A DNA stretch of 64,000 nt. It comes from an uncultured bacterium. Its GTDB lineage: Bacteria > Zixibacteria > MSB-5A5 > CAIYYT01. Of the stretch, positions 49,049 through 57,416 are shown piece by piece. Position 1 is the stretch's first letter; every line of letters starts with the position of its first letter. The notes under the pieces are model-generated. The model saw only the letters and a list, made by a program, of their open reading frames with translations, was not told the origin of the DNA and made no database searches. Location of the stretch: assembly GCA_963726455.1 (NCBI GenBank), contig CAVSCK010000004.1, positions 128,001 through 192,000 of the forward strand, written 5' to 3'. The translations under genes were made by a program, and so were the position numbers.

Positions 49049-49771
49049 CTAGCCGAAAACGCCGGCCACAACTCCGGGCAATTCGAGCCAGTCGGCGATT
49101 ACGTAGTCAGGTAGTATCCCGTCAGTTTTCGGTGTCCAGCAGCCGGTGTAAAGAACGGCGGTTATGCCCAGATTTTTTGCTCCGAGAACGTCATGCGCCA
49201 ACAGGTCGCCGCAATGGATGGCGTCTGCCGGTTTGACGCCGAGTTGGTTGAGTGCCGTCAGAAAAGTGTGCTCGTGCGGCTTGGCCCGCCCCGATTCATT
49301 GGAGAAAGAAAAGGCGCTGAAATATTGAAGGAGTCCATGATTTCTGAGATGTTTGCGAAGAACACTGCCGGGAGTGTAGCCGGTATCTGAGACAATTCCG
49401 AGTGGATATTCGCGGCTTAACTTAGCAAGGGTTTCAGCAAGATGGGGCGTTGGAACTGGACCAAGGAGCAATCCCAGTTCGCCGAATTCGTGAGCGAGGG
49501 GCGCCAACTTTACCGGTGGCAATTTGACGCCGTAATGGCTCAGCACAAATGTGAGGCGTTCCTCGAGTGTCGGTGTACGTTGCTCACCATGATAGATGGC
49601 ACTGAACCAGGGCTTGGCGGCCTCAAAGCCATCGTCGAGATTTGCGGGTACGTTACAACCGTTGTCGACAAGGTATCGATGCATCATTGCTTTGCGGGCA
49701 GTCATGGTTTCGCGCTCGCGGGTGTCGTCGAAGAGTGTCTGCCAGAAGTCGAAGAGGATGGCGTGTGGCAT
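49049..49771 (-). CDS. HAD superfamily hydrolase
   Basis: ILFDFWQTL, VSDT, AKPH, HCGDLLAHDVLGA. Confidence 0.88.
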   Translation of the reverse strand: MPHAILFDFWQTLFDDTRERETMTARKAMMHRYLVDNGCNVPANLDDGFEAAKPWFSAIYHGEQRTPTLEERLTFVLSHYGVKLPPVKLAPLAHEFGELGLLLGPVPTPHLAETLAKLSREYPLGIVSDTGYTPGSVLRKHLRNHGLLQYFSAFSFSNESGRAKPHEHTFLTALNQLGVKPADAIHCGDLLAHDVLGAKNLGITAVLYTGCWTPKTDGILPDYVIADWLELPGVVAGVFG

Positions 49772-49906
49772 TAGTCTGTTCGCAGTGAAATTGCATACAT
49801 ACGGACACAATATAACCACCGGCAACACGGGGGCAATGGCTGAATAACGAATCGGTTGCGGGCACTTACAACTTGCCTCAACTGTCGAAGTCAGCATATT
49901 GGCAGA

Positions 49907-50572
49907 ATGAAGAAATTGGTTGTCGTGATTTCCGCATTCAATGCAGCCGCGACACTGCCGCGATTGATCGGGGAGATCAAAAGCAGATACCCGGGAGTCG
50001 GTATTGTCGTGGTCGATGACGGTTCGAAGGACAATTCCGGTGCTGTCGCAAAGGCGGCGGGCGCAACGGTGATAACGCATGGACGAAACCGCGGCAAGGG
50101 CGAGGCACTCAAGACGGGGTTTGCGTACGCCGTCGAAAACGAATACGACGCAGTGATTACCTTGGATGCCGATCTTCAGCACAGCCCTGATGAGATTCAA
50201 AGATTCCTGGATGCATACCTCGATGACCGCACGATTTTGGTTGGGACGCGACGACGCGACGAGTCAATGCCGTTTGCACGCAAAGTCTCCAATTCGTTGA
50301 CATCGTTTGTGTCATCGATCTTCTGTGGCGCGCGTATCCTTGACAGCCAGTCGGGGTACCGCTTGATACCGACGGAGATATTGAAGAAGGTGACGCTGTC
50401 ATCATCGCGATTTGATCTGGAGCCGGAGCTGTTAATCAAGGCGGTACGCGCCGGATACGGTGTGAAGCATATCGATATCAGCACGATATACAACGCCGGC
50501 CGCAGTTGGATCAATCCACCGGTCGACACGATTCGGTTCTTGATAATGCTGGTGAAATCGCTATTTTGGTGA
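49907..50572 (+). CDS. GT2 glycosyltransferase (polyprenol-phosphate sugar synthase-like)
   Basis: SAFNAA, VVDDGSKD, NRGKGEAL, LDADLQH, DSQSGYR. Confidence 0.9.
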   Translation: MKKLVVVISAFNAAATLPRLIGEIKSRYPGVGIVVVDDGSKDNSGAVAKAAGATVITHGRNRGKGEALKTGFAYAVENEYDAVITLDADLQHSPDEIQRFLDAYLDDRTILVGTRRRDESMPFARKVSNSLTSFVSSIFCGARILDSQSGYRLIPTEILKKVTLSSSRFDLEPELLIKAVRAGYGVKHIDISTIYNAGRSWINPPVDTIRFLIMLVKSLFW

Positions 50573-50575
50573 CCC

Positions 50576-51322
50576 ATGTTAGCACTACTTACGAACGATG
50601 ACGGTTATCAGGCCGAGGGACTGCTGCGTCTGCGCAAAGAGATTGCGAAAATCTGCGATGTGCTGGTGGTGGCGCCGGTGGCGGACCAGTCGGCAGCAGG
50701 ACATTCGCTGACATTGCAGCGACCATTGCGGCAGAATCAGATCAGCGATGGGTACTACAGCGTTGACGGCACGCCGACCGATGCAGTGATGGTGGCGGTG
50801 CACGGTATACTCGACAACAAGCTGCCGGATATTCTGATTTCGGGAATCAATTGCGGGCCGAATATGGGGGACGACGTGACCTACTCGGGCACGGTGTCGG
50901 CGGCGTTTGAGGGCGCGATACTTGGGATACCGTCGATAGCGGTGTCATCGGTGCCGTTCGAGGATGTCGATTACGCGGCGATGGCAAAATTCACGCGCAA
51001 GCTGGCGAAACGCGTATTGCAGAATCATCTGCCGGATTCGACGCTGTTGAATGTGAATATACCGAATCCGACTGACGGCAAATATCCGGGAGTGAAGATC
51101 ACGCGGTTGGGAAAACGGGTGTATCGGGATATCGTGGTGGAGAAGATTGACCCACGCGGCCGGAAGTATTACTGGATCGCGGGTGAGCCGGACTGGCACG
51201 AGTTCGAACAATCGGATTTTACGGCGGTGACTGAAGGATATGTTTCGATCACGCCGTTGAAGATGGATATGACGGATTACGGATTGATGAAGCATTTGGA
51301 GGGGTGGAGATTGAAGGGATGA
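50576..51322 (+). CDS. surE: 5'/3'-nucleotidase SurE
   Basis: LTNDDG, DGTPTD, SGINCGPNMGDDVTYSGTV, YVSITPL. Confidence 0.97.
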   Translation: MLALLTNDDGYQAEGLLRLRKEIAKICDVLVVAPVADQSAAGHSLTLQRPLRQNQISDGYYSVDGTPTDAVMVAVHGILDNKLPDILISGINCGPNMGDDVTYSGTVSAAFEGAILGIPSIAVSSVPFEDVDYAAMAKFTRKLAKRVLQNHLPDSTLLNVNIPNPTDGKYPGVKITRLGKRVYRDIVVEKIDPRGRKYYWIAGEPDWHEFEQSDFTAVTEGYVSITPLKMDMTDYGLMKHLEGWRLKG

Positions 51323-51365
51323 GGGGGAAAGTAGGACGAACATTCTTGTTTGTCACATTGCAGAT

Positions 51366-51520
51366 TCGTAGGTCGAATCCCCTGGCGGAATCACCTGTGA
51401 TGTCGTTCCGGCATTTGCGGGGTTTCGACATTTGTCATATCGGCAGTCAACAGAATCGTCGAAACCCCGGAGACGTGTGTCGATGTAGGCAACGTGTTTC
51501 CACTAAGGCTTTCGACCTTC
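51366..51520 (+). repeat. ~155-bp double-palindrome element, family A
   Basis: GTCGAATCCCC...GGGGTTTCGAC-ATTTGTCATATCGGCAGTCAACAGAATC-GTCGAAACCCC...GGCTTTCGACC. Confidence 0.85.
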
Positions 51521-51574
51521 TAAGCTGGGGTAAGCGTTCTAGTATTCCGCAGACATACCGTTGGAGAGACTAAA

Positions 51575-53062
51575 GTGCGGGACTTCCAATATTCACCCAT
51601 ATCGGTCTTGCTGTGCCTTGTTGTACTGTTGCCCACAATCCGTCTTTTCGGTCAAGGTCGCGACAGTACATTTGTCGACATCGAATTAATCCGAAAGCAA
51701 TACGAGGGAAAGATCTTCTGGCTCACGGCTCGGGCAGCAGCGGACAGTTCCATTTGGCACGTGTGGAGTGAGCAAAAACTCAGCCCCCTGGAAAACTGCC
51801 GGCTAAGGCTCGAAAGGATATTTTGGCGTGAGAGGAGAGGCTCTGCAAAGGGTGCGCGGGAAGAGACCGATTCCCTGTGGCTTCATGTGCGGCTCTATCC
51901 GGCGAATAGTCGCATGAACTTGAGAGCGAGTATCGACTGCGGTCAGGCTCGTACACCTCGAGAGGTCGCTACCATCTTAGACCGCCTTCTATCCAAATCG
52001 CCGAGAGGCCTTGAACCTGGCGAAGTTGCCGGAATGAAACAAGGACCCGTGATTCAGTTTGTCGATGATATTGGCGACACCACACTCGGGAACGAGGAGA
52101 AGCGAGAGTTCATTGAACGTTTGGGCGTTACGCATCGGCACTTTCGAGGTACCATATCCTCGGATTTGCGGGCGATACTATCCGACTCGTTGTTCGACTG
52201 GTTGTGCCGTGATGAACGGCTACGATTCTATGCGGAATTCGAAGATCATCGCATTAGATGCGTCGTTGCCTCGAGATCAATATTCTTTGCGAACTACATT
52301 TTCGTCGGAATCGAGTTCGATTTTCCGGTACCGTATACCGGGGAATTTTGGCTTTGCGCGGGTCGTCAGACTAGCTTGGCCATAAACCTTGACGACGGCA
52401 AGATATATATTCTGAATGACGTGCCGCAAGGAATGGATCCACCGATTCCTGTATTCGCGCCAGATATTGATAGTCTTCTCGTGCAACTCAGTCTTTATCC
52501 GTTGCCTATTGACTCCACTAAGGAATTCCTGATCCGCGAGCTGTTCCCCTATATTATCTTTCCCAATCATTGTATCCTGCTGGAATCAGTAAAGGATCTG
52601 TGCTATTTCGACCAAAGCATGAAAAAGGAAAACGAGTACCTCCCTCTTCTTCAAACTGATTCGCTGTTACGGCGTGAACATTTCGCACCGGTTAACGGGA
52701 AGCTGGCAACACCGGAGTTGTATTGGACTTGGGAGAGTCTTTTTGATCAGTGGTGCGAGGCACGATCCACAGCTGCAATAGACGGGGCTGTGACACCGGC
52801 CGAGGGGAGAGACTCCATCACGATTGAAGAGTGGGTACGTCGGAACGCGGAAAGGATCGAAAGTTTTGACAAGTATGACGTTCGGCCGTTCACAATCTGT
52901 AAGGATTCAGCTTCTCTCTCCGTCAAAGGAATGATCTGGCTCATGAGCTCGGGCAACCTGAGCGATTGGGACATCGAGGTCCACTCCGACGGTAGCGTGC
53001 GTATTCGCCGAAGTCTGATCGCGAAGCATTACGGCCCTCTTACGGGGTGTGAGGAACAGTGA
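51575..53062 (+). CDS. Hypothetical, probably secreted protein
   Basis: 495-aa ORF with hydrophobic N-terminus; no family recognised. Confidence 0.65.
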   Translation: MRDFQYSPISVLLCLVVLLPTIRLFGQGRDSTFVDIELIRKQYEGKIFWLTARAAADSSIWHVWSEQKLSPLENCRLRLERIFWRERRGSAKGAREETDSLWLHVRLYPANSRMNLRASIDCGQARTPREVATILDRLLSKSPRGLEPGEVAGMKQGPVIQFVDDIGDTTLGNEEKREFIERLGVTHRHFRGTISSDLRAILSDSLFDWLCRDERLRFYAEFEDHRIRCVVASRSIFFANYIFVGIEFDFPVPYTGEFWLCAGRQTSLAINLDDGKIYILNDVPQGMDPPIPVFAPDIDSLLVQLSLYPLPIDSTKEFLIRELFPYIIFPNHCILLESVKDLCYFDQSMKKENEYLPLLQTDSLLRREHFAPVNGKLATPELYWTWESLFDQWCEARSTAAIDGAVTPAEGRDSITIEEWVRRNAERIESFDKYDVRPFTICKDSASLSVKGMIWLMSSGNLSDWDIEVHSDGSVRIRRSLIAKHYGPLTGCEEQ

Positions 53063-53081
53063 CTGACCCTGGCATTCAGTT

Positions 53082-53238
53082 TCCTAGGTCGAAACGCCTT
53101 GTGGCATCACCCGCGATGTTGCTACCGCTTTTTCGGGGTTTCGACTTTTGTCATATCAGCAGTCAGCAGAATCGTCGAAACCCCGGAGATACTTGTAAAT
53201 GTGGATTGACTTGTTTCCATTAGGGGTTTCGACCAGCG
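53082..53238 (+). repeat. ~155-bp double-palindrome element, family A
   Basis: Same four GTCGAAACCCC-like half-sites and central TTTGTCATATCAGCAGTCAGCAGAATC. Confidence 0.85.
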
Positions 53239-53307
53239 GGACTCGTCACCCTGTACCATTGTGAGTGTGGGCAAGCAGGCGTCTGATTCATAAAGCAACC
53301 ATTAGCT

Positions 53308-54675
53308 ATGTCATTAGTAATTCTTGAACAACTCCGGCGCTGGCGCTACACTGTCGTGCCGCTGCCGATCAAGTACGGGCGTCGATTCCGCCAAGTCTTC
53401 CGATTCCTTCAGGAACACCAGACGGCAAGTCGTGATGAAATCGCCGACTACCAGTGGCGACGGCTGCAGGAGTTGCTGCATTATGCCCATGCCCACGTTC
53501 CCTTCTATCAACGGCGTTTCAGCGCCATCGGAATGCATCCGTCCGACGTCAAGAGCAGGGAAGACTTTCGCAAGATTCCCTGTCTTACTCGCGATGAGGT
53601 CACCGATTATGTTGAGGAGTTGAAGTCCGACGAATTCGAGTCGCTTAGGCCGGTGCAAACGGTAACGAGCGGAACGAGTCGTGATCGCCTGAAGGTTTTT
53701 CGTTCCGCCGAGGCAGAAGTCTGGCGCAAGGCAATCATGTGGCGGCATTTCTTCAATATCGGATATCGCTTTCGCGATCGTCGCGCGCAGTTTGTGGGAA
53801 AGTTACGCTTTCTGACGGATCACGACCAGATGCCGATTGACTATAACGAGAATCTGCTGATGATCGAACAGGACGGGATTCGTCGCGATCACGCGCCCGC
53901 CATCTACGAGCGGATGAAGAAATTTGCGCCCAAGTTGATCTATTGTCAGCCGGCGAATATATCGTCACTGATTTTGTTGTTTCAGGATCATGGGCTGGAG
54001 CCCTTTCACGTCCCGATCGTGTATACGACGGGCGAGATTATCTACCCGCAGTACCGGCGGGCAATTGAGTCTTTCCTGGGGAGTCATATCGTCGACTACT
54101 ATGGCAATCGGGAGAATACGGTGGCGGCCACGCAATTGTCAGACGGCCGGAAGTATATCCAGAGCGAATATTGCTTTATGGAATTCGTGGACGAAACCGG
54201 CGAGGACGTCACCGATCAACCGGCGGACATTGTGGCAACATCGCTGGTCAACTACGCATTTCCGCTGATCCGATATCATACCGACGATCTGGGCATCTAT
54301 CACGGGTACCCCGCCGACGCTGTTGCAAATTACCCGGTGATGACGATTGTCGGCGGACGAGGGAAGGACTTGATTCTGACGCGCAAAGGGTTGATGTATC
54401 CGCAAGTTGATTTCAAGGAGCGGGCCGAGCGATTCCAGAGGGTGCGCGTTGAGCAGAAGACGCTCGAACACCTGCACATGACTTACGTGCCGACGAAGGC
54501 GTTTACGGGGCCGGATGACGAGGAGTACTTGCGGCGAATCTATCAGGATTACTTCGGGAGCGAATTTAAGTTAACGATTGAACGTGTGCCGGATATTCCG
54601 TTGACTTCCTCGGGCAAGAATGAGCTTTACGTCTCACAGTTGGCGATGGATTATTTGCGACAGAGGCAATCCTGA
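53308..54675 (+). CDS. Phenylacetate-CoA ligase-like / CapK-type adenylate-forming protein
   Basis: HVPFYQR, TSGTS, TTGE, DYYGNRE, ATSLVNYAFPLIRYHTDD, TSSGK. Confidence 0.85.
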   Translation: MSLVILEQLRRWRYTVVPLPIKYGRRFRQVFRFLQEHQTASRDEIADYQWRRLQELLHYAHAHVPFYQRRFSAIGMHPSDVKSREDFRKIPCLTRDEVTDYVEELKSDEFESLRPVQTVTSGTSRDRLKVFRSAEAEVWRKAIMWRHFFNIGYRFRDRRAQFVGKLRFLTDHDQMPIDYNENLLMIEQDGIRRDHAPAIYERMKKFAPKLIYCQPANISSLILLFQDHGLEPFHVPIVYTTGEIIYPQYRRAIESFLGSHIVDYYGNRENTVAATQLSDGRKYIQSEYCFMEFVDETGEDVTDQPADIVATSLVNYAFPLIRYHTDDLGIYHGYPADAVANYPVMTIVGGRGKDLILTRKGLMYPQVDFKERAERFQRVRVEQKTLEHLHMTYVPTKAFTGPDDEEYLRRIYQDYFGSEFKLTIERVPDIPLTSSGKNELYVSQLAMDYLRQRQS

Positions 54676-54680
54676 TAGTG

Positions 54681-54836
54681 TCGTAAGTCGAATCCCTTTA
54701 TGGGCTACCTGTGATGTGGCTCCCACGCCTGTTGGGTTTCGATATTTGTCCTGTCAGCAGTTCAAGGAATTGTCGAAACCCCCGGGATGCGTGTCGATGA
54801 ACGCAACGTGATTCCATTGGGAGTTTCGACTTACGG
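54681..54836 (+). repeat. ~155-bp double-palindrome element, family A
   Basis: TCGTAAGTCGAATCCC...GGGTTTCGAT...GTCGAAACCCC...GGGAGTTTCGACTTACG. Confidence 0.85.
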
Positions 54837-55064
54837 AACTGAGGAGCGAATGAGCGCGAAAGTTGAATTTGACTATAAACATACCGTAATTTAGCCCATA
54901 TTTTACGTAACAAAATACTTGCCAAAGTTGCTGACGGTTTTTATCTTCGGGCAATTTTTCGGGGGCATCGGCGGCCTTGTAACAGGCGCAATGGGTAACG
55001 AAGCAAAAAAAGGTATGATGTTTCAATAGATCGTCTGTGCGGCAGGCGGTAGAAAGGTAACAAA

Positions 55065-57230
55065 GTGACTCTAACCCCAACACACTTTATCGTCTTTGTC
55101 TACGCTATCTCGGCGATATCGCTGTTGTTCGCCTGGTTTTTGGCGCGCAAAGTGCTCAGCGCCGACACCGGCACCGCGAAGATGCGTGAAGTATCAGACG
55201 CGATCAAGGAGGGCGCCAGCGCGTTTGTCAAGAAGCAGTATACGACGATCGGCTATCTCGCTGTAGGCGCGGCAATACTGATATTTGTACTTTATCAATT
55301 CGGCCTGAAGGACTCCAACGCGGTCAAGGTCACGATTGCATTCGTGATCGGCGCGGCGGCTTCATCGGTCGCCGGTATTATCGGAATGTTCATCTCGGTA
55401 CGGTCGAATATTCGCACCGCGGCGGCAGTCACGACGAGTCTCAACGGCGGTTTGAAGATGGCATTGCGCGGTGGCGCGGTGTCCGGTATTACGGTGGTTG
55501 CCATGAGTCTGCTGGGTGTCGGCGGATTGTTCGCGATTTACGGCGGCATGGCCAGCGCCGGAGCGGCCGAAGCGACGACGGTGCCTTTGCAGATCGTCGG
55601 TTTTGGTTTCGGCGCAAGTTTCGTGGCGCTGTTCGCCCAGTTGGGCGGCGGTATTTACACCAAGGCGGCGGATGTCGGCGCGGATTTGATCGGTAAGGTC
55701 GAGTCCGGTTTGCCGGAGGACGATCCTCGTAACCCCGCCGTAATTTCCGACCTGGTGGGCGACAATGTCGGCGACTGTGCGGGTCGTGGCGCTGATTTGT
55801 TCGAATCGATTTCAGCGGAAAATATCGGCGCGATGATTCTGGGCATGGCGTTGTGGCCGGTGTTCGGATTATATGGAATTCTGTTTCCACTGGTAGCGCG
55901 TGCGTTCGGTCTCATTTCGACCATCGTAGGCGTGCTGGTGGTGAAGATCAAGGAAGATGAAGACCCGATGAAGGGACTTAATCGCGGTTATTTCGTGACC
56001 ACGGTTCTGGCGATGATCGGCTTCTATATTTCGGTGTATTTCCTGCTGGGAAATAATCTCTGGTTCTTTATGGCGGGTGTGGTCGGATTGATCACGGCGC
56101 TGGGGTTCGTATTCGTCACGCAGTATTACACCGAATATCGCTATCGACCCGTTAAAAGCATCGCGCTGGCATCGCAGACGGGACCGGCGACCAATATTAT
56201 CATGGGATATTCAGTCAGTTTGGAGTGCGTCGGTATTCCGGTGCTGTTGATTTGCGCGGCGCTGATGGCATCCTATCAATGCGGCGTGCACGGGATTCTG
56301 GCGCTTCAGGCGACGATGCCGGGCCTGCAGGTGGCGGCACATAATGCCGGATTCTACGGAACGGCGATCGCGACGATGGGTATGCTGGCCCCGTGCGCCT
56401 ACATTCTGGCGATGGATACGTTCGGCCCGATCACGGACAACGCGGGCGGTATTATCGAAATGTCTGGTCAACCGAAAGAAGTCCGCGTCCGGACGGACCG
56501 GCTCGATTCGGTGGGCAACACGACCAAGGCATTGACGAAAGGTTATGCGATCGGCAGCGCGGCGCTGTCGGCGTTCCTGTTGTTCCGCGCGTACATTGAC
56601 GAAGTTGAAAAGTTCATGGCCAAGCGCGGTATTACCGGCATAGTCAGAGTTGACCTGAGCGACGTGGCGACATTTGTCGGCGCGCTCCTGGGAGCGGCGC
56701 TGGTATTCGTGTTCAGCGCGCTGGCGATTCGTGCCGTCGGACGCGCGGCGTACTACGTAATCAACGAAGTGCGCGCGCAGTTCAAGGAGTTCCCGGGTAT
56801 TATGAAGGGCACGCAGAAGCCGCTCTATGGTCGCTGCGTGGAGATCGTGACGGCGGGCGCTTTGAAGGAAATGATTCTGCCGGGATTGCTGGCGGTGATT
56901 ACGCCGGTGGCCGTGGGAGTATTGTTCCGAGTGTTCACCCCCACAGGATCGCTGGCCGCAGTGCAAACGGTGGCGGCGATGCTGATGGTCGGCACGATCA
57001 CGGGTATTCTGGTTGCCACAATGATGAACAACGGTGGTGGCGCCTGGGACAATGCGAAGAAGTTCATCGAGACGGGAGCGTTCGGCGGCAAGGGTTCGGA
57101 TACGCATAAAGCGGCAGTGGTCGGCGATACGGTTGGTGATCCGTTGAAGGATACTGCCGGTCCGTCGATTCACGTGTTGATCAAGTTGCTCAGTACAGTT
57201 TCGCTGTTGGCGGCGCCGTTCTTCTTGTAG
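55065..57230 (+). CDS. hppA: Membrane-bound H+-translocating pyrophosphatase, K+-independent type
   Basis: GGIYTKAADVGADL.GKVE...PEDDPRNP, DNAGG, GNTTKA (Lys = K+-independent), GGAWDNAKK, GDTVGDPLKDTAGP. Confidence 0.96.
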   Translation: MTLTPTHFIVFVYAISAISLLFAWFLARKVLSADTGTAKMREVSDAIKEGASAFVKKQYTTIGYLAVGAAILIFVLYQFGLKDSNAVKVTIAFVIGAAASSVAGIIGMFISVRSNIRTAAAVTTSLNGGLKMALRGGAVSGITVVAMSLLGVGGLFAIYGGMASAGAAEATTVPLQIVGFGFGASFVALFAQLGGGIYTKAADVGADLIGKVESGLPEDDPRNPAVISDLVGDNVGDCAGRGADLFESISAENIGAMILGMALWPVFGLYGILFPLVARAFGLISTIVGVLVVKIKEDEDPMKGLNRGYFVTTVLAMIGFYISVYFLLGNNLWFFMAGVVGLITALGFVFVTQYYTEYRYRPVKSIALASQTGPATNIIMGYSVSLECVGIPVLLICAALMASYQCGVHGILALQATMPGLQVAAHNAGFYGTAIATMGMLAPCAYILAMDTFGPITDNAGGIIEMSGQPKEVRVRTDRLDSVGNTTKALTKGYAIGSAALSAFLLFRAYIDEVEKFMAKRGITGIVRVDLSDVATFVGALLGAALVFVFSALAIRAVGRAAYYVINEVRAQFKEFPGIMKGTQKPLYGRCVEIVTAGALKEMILPGLLAVITPVAVGVLFRVFTPTGSLAAVQTVAAMLMVGTITGILVATMMNNGGGAWDNAKKFIETGAFGGKGSDTHKAAVVGDTVGDPLKDTAGPSIHVLIKLLSTVSLLAAPFFL

Positions 57231-57256
57231 AATTAGCGTACATACAGTCAATATGT

Positions 57257-57292
57257 AACCGGCAGACGTGAAGTCTGCCGGTTTCTTTTTTT
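57257..57292 (+). terminator. Intrinsic terminator after hppA
   Basis: AACCGGCAGAC-GTGAA-GTCTGCCGGTT followed by TCTTTTTTT. Confidence 0.88.
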
Positions 57293-57302
57293 GAAATCCG
57301 GC

Positions 57303-57330
57303 TTGACAAACGTCGACAATAAGCTACATT
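57303..57330 (+). promoter_or_regulatory. Candidate sigma70 promoter
   Basis: TTGACA-N16-TACATT upstream of ATG 57417. Confidence 0.5.
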
Positions 57331-57416
57331 GGCAGGACAGTTAAAGAGTGAGATAATTCGTTGCGGGCGCAATGCGGGTGGCGCACGTGGGCGGGCGTTT
57401 GGCTATTGGAGGCGTA

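Noticed and set aside
49772-50200. N-terminal extension of the HAD ORF to 50200
   Set aside because: Overlaps the GT2 gene on the opposite strand; HAD motif I begins right after ATG 49771
51366-54836. CRISPR array or integron attC array
   Set aside because: Repeats are ~155 bp, diverged and separated by 1.5-kb genes; no cas or intI gene in the window; no attC core sites
56211-57251. Long antisense ORFs (346 aa opposite hppA; also opposite fliM and the aminotransferase)
   Set aside because: Shadow ORFs expected in high-GC coding DNA; no motifs
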